64,000 nucleotides of DNA from Macrostomum lignano (lineage: Eukaryota), in assembly GCA_002269645.1 (NCBI GenBank), contig NIVC01002775.1:77445-141444 (forward strand), given 5' to 3'. Below the pieces are notes generated by a model, which saw only the letters and a program-made list of their open reading frames with translations, had not been told where the DNA came from and did not search any database. Every line of letters starts with the position of its first letter. Within the stretch, counting starts at the first letter, position 1. Positions 24,303-36,338 of this stretch are shown piece after piece. The position numbers and the translations under genes were made by a program.

Positions 24303-24855
24303 CTAAATAGTGCTCTTAGGTATTGACACAATTTCATATCTACCACCACTATGGCACTGCTCTGTGATTCCAACATTGTAGATGCCACAGAATGCTGCTA
24401 TAGCGGCTCCAGTGCCAGCAGCCGCTGTTCCTGACAGTCCAGCTGCTCCAATGCTCTGGCCAACAGACACCACAAATGGGGTGATGCCTGCTCCACAAGC
24501 TTGTATCCAGGCTGCAATTGAGCCAGCAGCAATTCCACCTGCTGTAAATCCAACCAGACCAACAGCCCACGGTGCAACATAAAAAGATGCAGCAGTGGCG
24601 GATCCTCCCAAAGCAATGCATGTTCCCACTCTCCAGTAATTGTAACCTAAGTGAGAAAAAACATACAGAATGCCATGTGTAAATTAGCCATGCAAGGAGA
24701 CTGAAACTGGCCTTTTTGCAGACAGGTGCAAAAATTTAGTTATACTGAATAGACTTACAAGTTTTGACCTGCTGTTCTTTGTCACAGGCAAAACATGGTC
24801 CAAGTTGGATGGAAAGCAGAAGAGCCAAAACTAGAAGCACTTTAGCGGGCTGCAT
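24303..24855 (-). CDS. ISG12/IFI27(IFI6)-like protein with N-terminal signal peptide (2 exons, about 146 aa)
   Basis: Exon 1 24855-24759 (MQPAKVLLVLALLLSIQLGPCFACDKEQQVKT), phase-1 GT-AG intron, exon 2 24646-24303 (CYNYWRVGTCIALGG...GFTAGGIAAGSIAAW...VGQSIGAAGLS). AATAAA on the minus strand at about 24267-24272. Confidence 0.82.
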
Positions 24856-25967
24856 TTTTGTCAACTCCGAAAGTTATTTTAAAACATGCGAAAATTCACT
24901 ATATAGTTTTTATATTGTGAAATTAACAAGAGTGCAGAGCAGTGCGACTGCGCGTCAGCACTGGCATACACATATATAGAGATGAGGGAAGGGAGGGACC
25001 GAGAGAGGAAGAGAGAGGAAGAAAGACTTTAAAATACACTGGCCCCTAAAGGCATTGTTATGAGTGTGAGGCTCACATCCGCCGTACGGAATATTATTCA
25101 AGGCAGTGTACTTTTTAGTCAATGAGAGCCCACAGGCACAATGCAAAAGCAATGAATGGCTTTGAGCCGGGTTAGGGTTAGCGCCGAAGCAGTTTCTCCC
25201 TGTGCCGTTGTTAGGCAACCCTCGGTAGTAAGCGTTTTTACGCGGATGGCTCGTTTTTGCATGGCGAAACCAATAGGAAGTCCCAACCACTAATCGATGC
25301 ATTCTGTCCTGCCCAAGCGCGTTTACAAAATCTCGCCCCCTACATTTTCTTTCTAGGCTCGCGGCCACCACTCCACAGACCAATAAGTATAACTAGATTG
25401 CGCGTGAGGGGCAAGAAATATGTGTCTCTTCCAAGTAGGAAAAATGCAGGGACTCCTAAAAATAGCATCACTATTTTTGCTAGCTCTAGAAGTCCCTGGA
25501 AAATGGTACCCCAGCTCCCTACCCCTCACGATCGATAGCAAGGTCTCATTGGCTTCCTTACCCCTCAATCATTGCTTAAAACTTATTGATTCAGAGTTAC
25601 TAAGAATACTGTTAGACTTTTGGGCCCGCTGTATTAATTGTTGCCCTTTGCCTTGGGACTCGGATTGCTAACCATTTAAATTTATGTGGTATTAAACAAT
25701 TAAGCAGTTTAAATATGCCGTATTATTTTAATGATTTATGATAAAGGCATATATCAAAAACTAAAATATACTCTTCCGGACAAAATGAGACCTTTTTGTT
25801 GGAGATACAATAGAAACAATATAATAAGAGTAAATGTCTGAGAGCCATCAAATTCTAAGCTCACCTTCACGTGGTTCTAAGACTAAATTATTATTTTTAT
25901 TTGGAACCAGCTTTTTAGTCTTAAGCTTGAAGTAGTCTTTGCCTTCTTCCAGATTTCTCGACATGCG

Positions 25968-27085
25968 CAAAGTCTCGTGAACTGCTACGTCACTGGAGAA
26001 TTGGCTTTTAAAGTCTCGTGAACTGCTACGTCACTGGAGAATTGGCTGTTAAAGTCTCGTGAACTGCTACGTCACTGGAGAATTGGCTGTTAAAGTCTCG
26101 TGAACTGCTACGTCACTGGAGAATTGGCTGTTAAAGTCTCGTGAACTGCTACGTCACTGGAGAATTGGCTGTTAAAGTCTCGTGAACTGCTACGTCACTG
26201 GAGAATTGGCTGTTAAAGTCTCGTGAACTGCTACGTCACTGGAGAATTGGCTGTTAAAGTCTCGTGAACTGCTACGTCACTGGAGAATTGGCTGTTAAAG
26301 TCTCGTGAACTGCTACGTCACTGGAGAATTGGCTGTTAAAGTCTCGTGAACTGCTACGTCACTGGAGAATTGGCTGTTAAAGTCTCGTGAACTGCTACGT
26401 CACTGGAGAATTGGCTGTTAAAGTCTCGTGAACTGCTACGTCACTGGAGAATTGGCTGTTAAAGTCTCGTGAACTGCTATCGTCACTGGAGAATTGGCTG
26501 TTAAAGTCTCGTGAACTGCTACGTCACTGGAGAATTGGCTGTTAAAGTCTCGTGAACTGCTACGTCACTGGAGAATTGGCTGTTAAAGTCTCGTGAACTG
26601 CTATAGTCACTGGAGAATTGGCTGTTAAAGTCTCGTGAACTGCTATCGTCACTGGAGAATTGGCTGTTAAAGTCTCGTGAACTGCTACGTCACTGGAGAA
26701 TTGGCTGTTAAAGTCTCGTGAACTGCTACGTCACTGGAGAATTGGCTGTTAAAGTCTCGTGAACTGCTATCGTCACTGGAGAATTGGCTGTTAAAGTCTC
26801 GTGAACTGCTACGTCACTGGAGAATTGGCTGTTAAAGTCTCGTGAACTGCTACGTCACTGGAGAATTGGCTGTTAAAGTCTTGTGAACTGCTACGTCACT
26901 GGAGAATTGGCTGTTAAAGTCTCGTGAACTGCTACGTCACTGGAGAATTGGCTGTTAAAGTCTCGTGAACTGCTATCATCACTGGAGAATTGGATGTTAA
27001 AGTCTCGTGAACTGCTATCGTCACTGGAGAATTGGCTGTTAAAGTCTCGTGAACTGCTATCGTCACTGGAGAATTGGCTGTTACA
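25968..27085. repeat. Highly homogeneous 41-bp tandem array (aaagtctcgtgaactgctacgtcactggagaattggctgtt), about 27 copies
   Basis: Period 41 read directly, with occasional 42-bp variants. There are no spacers. Confidence 0.97.
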
Positions 27086-28456
27086 GCTGGGGGGCGATCG
27101 CGTCTATTTATTAAAAATAAAGTACAGTTAGTTTGGGGCTGCAACCGAGAGTTGGAGTTTGGGCCATAGACAACCTAGCTTGTGGGCACTCAAAAGAAAG
27201 TACTTTTAATGAACGCAGGGACCGTAGGAAACAAGGCGTTATAAACACTTCCCCCCAACGGAAAAGCGAACAACTATAAACGATGTTTCGCGATCAGTAG
27301 GGTTAATTTATTCCTGTTTGTTTGTTGAGTGTTCGATAAGGGATTGTTGATCAATAATCAATAACGTGAACCGTCGGCTTCTCGGAAAAACGAAGGCGTT
27401 GGGTTTCCTTCGCGGGACGCTGTTTCTTCGCAGGGGTAGTCGCTGGCTTGTCCGGCCGTGCCTCTCTCGTCATTGCTCGGGTCTGGCGCTGACTGTCCGG
27501 TAGCACTGCCGGCTTCACTCTCTCGATGGAAACGGCCTGGGGCTTGCCTTTTAAGACGAGCGTCACGGTGGTCGCTGAGCGTCACAACACCTTGTAGGGT
27601 CCTTGATATGGCGCCTCGAGCGGTTACTTAACTGTGTCAACTCGGAGCCACATAAACTCGCAGGATTCCAGCTCCGGAGGTATGTGGACAGGCTGCTGAC
27701 GGGTCCGCGGCAGGAGGTACGGGAAAAACAGGTCGTGTAGTTGAGTCGACAGCTGACGCTGGTCGTCGTCATCAGTTGTGACCGGTGAAACTAGCGGCTG
27801 TTCTTCCGTGACGATTGAGAATGGCGAGTGACCCTGGTCGTCGGGGTTAATGCGCAATCCGAATAAAACGATGGGCAGCTGGTTAAGCCAGCACCGGCCG
27901 CGAGCTCTGAGGCTGGCCTTCAGTGTGCGATGAACTCGCTCGATCATACCGTTGGCCTTAGGATTATATGCGGCTGTGCGGATGTGATGGACACCGAGAA
28001 GATTCACCAGGTTTGCCATTAGGTCCGAGCGAAATTGAGCTCCTTGGTCTGTGATGAGTGTTAACGGTGGGCCAAATCGACAAACCCAGTGGGCGACAAA
28101 GGCTTGTGCAACAACCGTACTGGTGATCGATTGCAATCGGATTGCTTCGACCCAGCGGGAGTACGAGTCCACGATGGTTAGTAAATACCGCGGCTGGGGT
28201 GCAGCTGTTTCGGTTGGGTCCGGCACCGGGAGCGGTCCGACTAAATCCATGTGTACCGTTGTGAACCGCTGTGTAGGTGCAGGCAGGTGGTGCAGTGGTC
28301 GGCGAACATGACGACCGATTTTCGCTGATTGACATTGTGTGCATTCCGCCGTCCAGCGCTGTATGTCTGATTTCATGCATGGCCAGAAAAAATGATGGGC
28401 GACTAAACGCAGCGTGGCCTTCACACCTGGGTGGTAAGGCGGTGGAGGTAAAAGTA
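27085..28456 (-). mobile_element. Gypsy (CsRN1-like) LTR retrotransposon remnant: integrase, polypurine tract and start of the 3' LTR
   Basis: HPGVKATL..FFWP..C..C zinc finger; DDE motifs HMDLVGP, ITDQGAQF and NGMIERVHRTLK; PYQGPYKV GPY/F motif in a shifted frame. On the minus strand, PPT ggggggaag is followed by TG at 27247. Confidence 0.9.
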
Positions 28457-30884
28457 CACCATTTTACCTCCTATTTTGAACAAAGTCTTGTTCAAAAGAA
28501 ACAAGCAGAACTTCAATTCAAACACATTAAGAAATAACAGCCCTTGCGGAAATTCAATTCAAACAAAGTCCCTTTCTATTGAAACAGACGAACTTCAATT
28601 CAGACTGTCTGTGGCCAAAATTGTCCCCGAGTGACGCGCATGCACAGATTTTAAATTAAAAAGAAACAAAGTCACATTCTATTTCGACAAAGGGATAAAA
28701 CACAGCATATCGACGAACATAAGAGTAAAATGAAAAACAGGAGCAAGACACGTAACAATCAATTACCTGTCCACCAACGCAGCGAGGGACATATGTAAAC
28801 ACATGGTTGAACCACTCAGTGCACTTGTCCACAGAGATGCAGCCAATGGTTCTGTCCACATGTTGTACGAATGTCTCGCCGATAGGCCGCCATTGACTGA
28901 TTCCCGTGCTGCTCAGCTATCGAAGCGATGAAATTTTGCTGGTTCCAGCAATTCATCGTCTTCTTCAATCTGATCTTCAGCATTCATATCGTTTCTTATT
29001 GCGCAACGATTGTACAGTTACTCAGTACAGGAAAAACAAAAAAATAGATTACTAAAAATGTACTTGTACCTATGTGCAAAAATCTCTGTCGAAATAGAAT
29101 GTGACTTTCAAACTAAAGCCAAAAAAGCCCTAGCTGTCTTGGCTCAGACCAGGCGCGCCGTGGGCACCACTTGGGGGCTCACCCCCAGGAAGCTGTGGTG
29201 GATTTACACTGCCATCATCCGCCCCTCGATCAGTTACGCCAGCCTCGTGTGGGCTAGTGGCCTGAGCGTCAAGAGCAACCTCGACGCTCTCTACAAAATC
29301 CAGGGCAGAGCTTGCCGCATGACTATGGGCGCTCCACCCTCTACTCCTTTTGAAGGCATGAATGCCTTCCTCTGTGCCCCTCCTCTGGATATTTATATCA
29401 AAGGAGAGGCGTCGAAGAGCAACCGGCGTCTTCTGGATGCTGGGGTGGCCTTCAAAAAAGTGCTGGCCTTTAAGAAGCGGTCGCTTATCCCGCACTCTGA
29501 CCTCTGCCTCAAGGCTCTCGAGGAGTGTGGCGGGCTTAACATCCTCACGGACACAATCCCAGCCACCCTTCTCCTGAGCCAAAGGTATAAGGTCACTGTT
29601 CAGCCTCAACACGAGGCGAGCGACAGCTGGAGCGATTCTGAAGTCCACTGTTACACTGACGGCTCTATGAGGCATGGTCTTTCAGGCTTCGGAGCTTGCG
29701 TCTTCTTCAAGGGAGAAGTGGTGTGGAGCTACTCCTAGCACACTGGGCCCAACTCCAGTGTTTTTCAGAGCGAGGTGCTTGCCATCAGCTCCTGCGCGGC
29801 AGAGCTGCGCCGAAGGCAGCTCAGCGGTCGGAAATTTATTTTTCACTCTGACAGCCAAGCAGCCCTTCGGGCCCTCTGCCGCAGCACCGCCAGCTCCAGG
29901 TCCGTCCTGGACTGCAACACCCAGCTCAACGGGCTTGCGCTAGGCAACCAGGTGGAGCTCAGATGGATCCCGGGCCACGCCGGCTTCCTCGGCAACGAGC
30001 GCGCTGACCTGCTGGCCAAGGCTGGCTCCGCCGGCGCGCTGCGGGGGCCGGGCCCGGGAGCCCCCATCCCCGCCTCGGTGATCAACTCCCGCGTTAAGCG
30101 CTGGACTGACTCCGAGCATCTCCGCAGGTGGTACGACACCTGGAATTGTAGGCAATCCCGTGCGGCCGTCCCCTGCCCCTCTCCTCTCCTGCGTAGAGCC
30201 CTCCTCAGGCTCAACCGCAGAGACCTCAGAGCAGTCAGCATGGCCCTCTCCGGGCATGGCTGCTTCTCTCGCCACCGTTTCCTTCAGGGCCAAGTACCCG
30301 AGGAGCGGTGCCCCTTCTGCCGCTCAGGCAGTGAGAACGCCGAGCACTTTATCTGCCACTGCCCGGTTTTCACCAGGGCCAGGCTCACTCACCTCGGGCC
30401 AAACCCGGTTCTCTCCGACGTTTGCAGGCCCGAGAGCATCCCGCTGCTCGCCCGGTACCTCAGGGACACGGGACGAGCTGATCTCTTCCCCACCGCCGGT
30501 GAGGAGGAACGCGCTGCAGGCGAGACCAACGGGTCCCCCTGAGCGACATCACTTCGATGGAAGTCTTTGGTCGCCAGGGGCTAGCGGAATGGGCGGTCTC
30601 CTCCGCCTCCTCGCTGCATCCGCCGGACGCCCCCTGCAGCTAAGTCAAGTAAGTCAAGAATGTGACTTTGTTTCTTTTGAATTTAAAATCTGCGCATGCG
30701 CGTCACTCGGGGACAATTTTGGCCACAGACAGTCTGATCGAATTGAAGTTCGTCTGTTTCAATAGAAAAGGACTTTGTTTGATTTGAATTTCCGCAAGGG
30801 CTGTTATTTCTTAAAGTGTTTGAATTGAAGTTCTGCTTGTTTCTTTTGAACAAGACTTTGTTCAAAATAGGAGGTAAAATGGTG
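28457..30884. mobile_element. MITE with about 230-bp TIRs and TA target duplication (about 870 bp once the LINE insert is removed)
   Basis: TA|caccattttacctcctattttgaac at the left and gttcaaaataggaggtaaaatggtg|TA at the right. The right TIR is split by the LINE. Confidence 0.9.
29109..30656 (+). mobile_element. 5'-truncated LOA/Lian-like LINE (RT C-terminus, RNase H, CCHC) with 13-bp TSD
   Basis: ORFs 29010..29738 and 29775..30542 are in one frame with one internal TAG. Motifs WGLTPRKLWWIYTAIIRP, YTDGS, SDSQAAL, WIPGHAG..GNERAD and CPFC..E..EH..C. TSD agaatgtgacttt at 29096-29108 and 30657-30669. The 3' tail is (taagtcaag)2. Confidence 0.93.
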
Positions 30885-30886
30885 TA

Positions 30887-31425
30887 TTTGGCGGAAACGA
30901 TAGGTGTGCGGGCCTGTGCGTTGTCATGGCCCGGCCGCTGCACATGACTCACTCGTTTGGGGTCGGCGAAGCCGTGCGAGACTGGGCGGGTGTCGGCTGA
31001 CCTTGGCGTGTTCAATGGCGCATGGAGCATGTTCGATGGCTTTGGACCTGGCCACTTGCACCAGGGTCGGCAAGTTCGAGCTCTGCCGGCATAGTAGATG
31101 TGCGCATTGCAGACGAGTGGTCGCTGCTGTCGGCGAGGCTGGGCGTCGTGAGCCGGAGCGTCAGGTCGCCGGGAGAAATGCCGGGCCGGTTGCTGCTCTG
31201 CATTAGCGGCAGTGGGCAACTGATTGATGTCGGCAAATGGTGAGGGTAGACCGGCCACTACGAGCATGCTCTCCGCGATCTTGGCAAAATTATCCAGCGG
31301 GCTGTGCTCATGTCCGACGAGTGCGGAGCGAATGTGGGGCGGCAACGCAGAGATGAGGCGTGACTTGACTATGGTGTCGTCAACCTTCAGGCCAACCTCG
31401 GTAAATCGGCGTTTTATTTCGTTGC
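30887..31425 (-). mobile_element. Gypsy gag C-terminal fragment (same element as the integrase at 27624-28440)
   Basis: DDTIVKSRLISALPPHIRSAL...LDNFAKIAESML and LVCNAHIYYAGRARTCRPWCKW resemble the gag C-terminal C/H motif of CsRN1-type Gypsy elements. Confidence 0.7.
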
Positions 31426-31700
31426 GGGAGTGTGGCGGGAGTGTCCTTCATACTTTTCCAAAGGACAAGGAAATAAGGAAAAAGTTGCTGATAGCGCTGA
31501 GAAGAAAATATTTTGAGCCATCGCCATCCACGCAAGTCTGCTCAATGCATTTCGAGGAATCTTGCTTCAACAAGCAATTTGCAGGCTTTCTGCCTAGCGT
31601 CAAAAGACGGCTATATCCAAATGCCGTTCCTTCCATCTTCCCGGCGTTCTCTGACCATCTGCTGCCGAAAGCTGAAAAGAAACGGAAGACTGCCACCGCA
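31425..31700 (+). pseudogene. THAP zinc-finger domain fragment (N-terminal cysteines truncated)
   Basis: HTFPKDKEIRKK..RRKYFEPSPSTQVCSMHFEESCF...RLYPNAVPSIF, with the THAP C..H, F and AVPxIF motifs. Confidence 0.8.
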
Positions 31701-33309
31701 GCCGCAGCTCGCGAAGTTGATTTCGCTGCATTTTGTAAATCAAAAGAGAGCAGCGAGCCGGAAGCTTGCTTATACTTATTGGTCTGTGCTTCAAGTCAAG
31801 TGGTGCTACTTCTATAAGTCCCTGCATGGGCCCCGACCCCCTCTATAGGGTTTAGAAATCAAGCCAGAACAATAGAAATGGGCATAGGCTGAGCCTACAA
31901 TAGTGCACGCAGCGCATGGCAAAGCTACAGCAGCTTCCATCAGTTTCAGACAGACATCAAATGCGAGGCGAATTCTTAATGAGCCCGGCGCGGAGGCCGC
32001 TCCTGGGGAGGAGCTGCGGGTAGGCCCGGGACCGACGCCCAACCCCGACTGGCGTGGCAACCGAGGGGCGGATGCGTGGGCCGGCCCGCACAGAAGGACA
32101 GTGAACTGAGCTCTCCCAGATGCTCTAACGCAACCAGAGTAATCCGCTAAGTCTAACCGTCTAGCCCTCGCCCCCGTAGTTACTGGCATGTCTAGTGCTG
32201 TTTAATTGCATGCGCTGTGTAAACCCCGCCGTCGTTAGGAAAGTGGTTCCCCACCTCATCAGCGGCAGGGAATGAAATTGTAGAGCTCATAAATATCCGC
32301 AAACTGGAAGCCCAAAGAGGCACTTTTCTCCACTTATGGCCTCTCGGCTTCTCGGCTGGTTCTAGATTTAGAAATGTAACATTAAAGAAAATCATCTCCT
32401 CCGGTCTTATCATTTGCTCCACCGCTGTTGGATGGCAGAAGATAAACGGTGTTTGAACATCGAAAACATCGCGTAATACCCTCCCAGTTTTTACGCCTCC
32501 CCAACCATAGCAGAGGAAGAGAAGGGTTAGGGATAGAGGGTGAATTGAAGTGCAATCGGGTATTCTGTGCCAGAATACTTCATTTGAGATTCGTATTCAA
32601 GATGTTCTCAGGTTGGGGCGCTTTCATTAGGCCGAAATTTCACTTCGCCGAAAAGCAGCCTCTTTCAATAGGCCGAAACTTCACTTTGCCGAAATGACTA
32701 GCACGCTCTTTCATAAGGCCGAACTTCACTAGGCCGAAACTTCACATTGCCGAAAATCATTTTAGCAGCCTCTTTCACTAGGCCGAAACTTCACATTGCC
32801 GAAACTTCACATTGCCGAAAAATCATCTTAGCAGCATCCTTACTATGGTCAAAAGGGGATGTGAACTTAAGCGTCCAAAATGGAACCGCAAGCAGTGACG
32901 ATTTCTCTGCACCAGCTTCTTTATTTTGACCTAAGAGTTACTGCTACTAAAGTGGGAGCACGATATGGTCACTCAGTTTTTTATGGAATATTTTTGACAT
33001 TCCTGACTTCATTTGGGGTTAACTTTGATTGCTTATTATTTTCATTGCATTTTCTGTCTCAGTCGGATGGACTTTTAAGTTGTAGAGTGCTCGTATGTTG
33101 TTGTAAGGCTCCTTTGAAAGTATGCAGATTTGCCTAGATTCCGATTCATAGAATATGCACTAGCAATCTTTGCCCCCCGTTGGGGGACATCTATATAGAG
33201 TCTCTGTTCTCTACAAGTAAGTAACAAAAAAATAGCGAAATAAAGCCTTCACAAAGAAAACAGACAAAATACTCAAATGAAGTGCAATGCAAAAAGAAAT
33301 CATCGCAAG

Positions 33310-33570
33310 ACAGCAAGCATCCCCCAGATAGTAAGCATCCCCCAGATAGCAAGCATCCCCCAGATAGCAAGCATCCCCCAGATAGCAAGCATCCCCCAGA
33401 TAGCAAGCATCCCCCAGATAGCAAGCATCCCCCAGATAGCAAGCATCCCCCAGATAGCAAGCATCCCCCAGATAGCAAGCATCCCCCAGATAGCAAGCAT
33501 CCCCAGATAGCAAGCATCCCCCAGATAGCAAGCATCCCCAAGATAGATAGCATCCCCAAATAGCAAGCAT
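33310..33570. repeat. 18-bp minisatellite (gatagcaagcatccccca); degenerate relatives at 36610-37110
   Basis: Direct reading. The GDACYL/SKHPPD shadow ORFs come from it. Confidence 0.95.
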
Positions 33571-33679
33571 CCACCAGACAATAAGTAGCTAGTGCGACAA
33601 TTTCTTTAGCATTATAGCGGCTCCTTTAAAATTCACTTACTTTTACATTTGAAATTGTGTATATTTTATGTTTAACAGG

Positions 33680-35720
33680 GTGGCTCTTTTATGTTCTACA
33701 TTGTGGCTCTTTTTTGTTCAACATGGTAACTCTTTTATGTTTGATACGGTGGCTTCCAATGTCTGACATGGTGGCTCTTCTATGTTTGACATGGTGGCTC
33801 TTCTATGTTTGACAAAGTGGCTCTTTAATGTTCGACATGGTGGCTCTTTAACGTTCGACATGGTGGTGCTTTAATGCTCAACATGGTGGCTCTTTATTGT
33901 TTGACATGGTGGCTCTTTAATGTTCTACATTGTGGCTCTTTAACGTTCGACAGGGTGGCTCTTTAATGTTTGACATGGAGTCATGTATGTGTTAGACATG
34001 GAGTCATGTATATATTTGGCATGGAGTCACATATATGCTTTACGTGGTGGCTCTTTAATGTTCGACATGGTGGCTCTTTAACGTTCAACATGGTGACACT
34101 TTAATGTCTGAAATGATGGCTCTTTAATGTTTGACATGGAGTCACGTATACGCTTGACATGGTGACTCGTTAATGTTTGACATGGTGGCTCTTTAACGTT
34201 CGACATGGTGGCTCTTTAATGTTAGACATGGTGGCTCTTTAATGTTTTACATGGTGGCTCTTTTATGTTCGACATGGTGGCTCTTTAACGTTCAACATGG
34301 TGGCTCTTTAATGTTCGACATGGAGTCACATATATGTTGGACATGGTGGCTCTTTAATGTTGCATGTTGGACATGGTGGCTCTTTAATGTTCGACTTGGA
34401 GTCACATATATGTTAGACATGGTGGCTCTTTAATGTTGGACATGGTGGCTTTTTAATGTTCGACATGGTGACACTTTAATGTCTGAAATGATGGCTCTTT
34501 AATGTTTGACATGGAGTCACGTATACGCTTGACATGGTGACTCGTTAATGTTTGACATGGTGGCTCTTTAACGTTCGACATGGTGGCTCTTTAATGTTAG
34601 ACATGGTGGCTCTTTAATGTTTTACATGGTGGCTCTTTTATGTTCGACATGGTGGCTCTTTAACGTTCGACATGGTGGCTCTTTAATGTTCGACATGGAG
34701 TCACATATATGTTGGACATGGTGGCTCTTTAATGTTGCATGTTGGACATGGTGGCTCTTTAATGTTAGACATGGTGGCTCTTTAAATTTTTTTCATGGTG
34801 GCTCTTAAATGTTTGACATGGTGGCTCTTTATTATTTGACATGGTGGCTCTTTAATGTTTGACATGGTGGTTCTTTAATGTTCGACATGGTGGCTCTTTA
34901 ATGTTCAACGTGGTGGCTCTTTAATGTTCGAAAAAGTGGCTCCTTTATGTTTGACATGGTGGCTCTTTAATGTTTGACATTGTAGCTTTTAAATGTTCGA
35001 CATGGTGGTTCTTTTACGTTTGACATGGTGGCTCTTAAATGTTTGACATTGTAGCTCTTAAATGTTCGACATGGTGGTTCTTTTACGTTTGACATGGTGG
35101 CTCTTTAATTTTCGACATGTTGGCTCTTTTATGTTTGACATGGTAGCTCTTTAATTTTCGACAAAGTGGCTCTTTAATGTTTGACATGGTGGCTCGTTAA
35201 TGTTTGACATGGTAGCTCTTTAATTTTCGACATGTCGGCTCTTTTATGCTTGACATGGTAGCTCTTTAATGTTCGACATGGTGGTTCTTTATTGTTAGAC
35301 ATGGTGGCTCTTTTATGTTTGACATGGTGGCTTTTTCACGTTCGACGTGGTGGCTCTTTAAAGTTTGACATGGTGGCTTTTTTATGTTTGACATGGTAGC
35401 TCTTTAATGTTTGACATGGTGGCTCTTTTAAGTATGACAAAGTGGCTCTTTAATTTTTGACATGGTGGCTCTTTAATGTTTGACATGGTGGCTCTTTAAT
35501 GTTCGACATGGTGGTTCTTTTACGTTTGACATGGTGGCTCTTTAATGTTCAACATGTCGGTTCTTTTACGTTTGACATGGTGGCTCTTTTATGTTTGACA
35601 TGGAGTCACGTATATATGTTTTACATGGAGTCACAAATATGTTTGACATGGTGGCTTTTTAATGCTTGACATGGTGGCTCGTTTATGTTTGGCATGGTGG
35701 CTCTTTAATGTTCGACATGG
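33680..35720. repeat. About 23-bp satellite (gacatggtggctctttaatgttc) inside Helitron 1
   Basis: About 2 kb of imperfect copies with a higher-order duplication (about 34070-34410 repeated at about 34450-34780). Confidence 0.95.
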
Positions 35721-36338
35721 TGCCACTGATATTTTTGACATTGTGCTTCTTTTATGTTTAGCAGTTTCATGTTTTCAAGGTGTTTTAATAAAAAAATTAT
35801 TTTGCACTACTAAGATTCGAACCCAGGTCGCTACATTAGCATTCCAGTCTGTTCGCATCTGGGCTATCTCTTTTCAATTGGAGTACATCAATTGTGGCCC
35901 TTATAATTCAATTCTTACAGCAAGTCAATTAGAGTAAAAAGTTATGACATAATCAATTTCTCAGTCAGCCAGTATCAGTTTCAATTCAAGTTAGCAATAT
36001 TGGTTACGCAATTTAAATCAAGTCGTGTGTGCATTTCTTCGGCACTGTTTTCTACTTGTTGTGATGCAATCTTTATCAGAATTGAAATTCAGCCAGTCAG
36101 TTTTTTCTCTAGCATTCTTACAATGCATTTCAAGTCGAAAATTTTGCTTGACCTTTGCAAAAAAGCATGTTTTTCGAATATTTAATCCCTTTAATATATA
36201 GCAATTTCTTAGCCAAGATGCATGTACCGTCCCAGGAGAATTTCTGATCGAATGGTGCAAGTTTGAAGAAAATCGGTTGAGCCATTTTTTCTGAAATCTA
36301 TCGCATACCCACAGACAACTCATTTTTAGTATATAGGA

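Larger units (their letters stand above)
33160..36338 (-). mobile_element. Non-autonomous Helitron 1
   Basis: On the minus strand it starts TCctatatactaaaaatg and ends with a GC hairpin (33172-33186) then attgCTAG, followed by T. Confidence 0.8.

Noticed and set aside
25444-25671. Possible signal-peptide exon MQGLLKIASLFLLALEVPG divergent from the IFI27-like gene
   Set aside because: No convincing donor site, downstream exon or recognisable homology.
25968-27085. CRISPR-like appearance of the 41-bp array (and of the 42-, 37- and 25-bp arrays)
   Set aside because: Units are contiguous with no unique spacers, there are no cas genes, and the context is eukaryotic.
31425-32600. 5' LTR of the Gypsy remnant
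   Set aside because: No match to 27085-27247 was found upstream of gag, so the element is 5'-truncated.
33191-33581. GGCLLS / GDACYL / SKHPPD repeat proteins
   Set aside because: Artefact of an 18-bp minisatellite.
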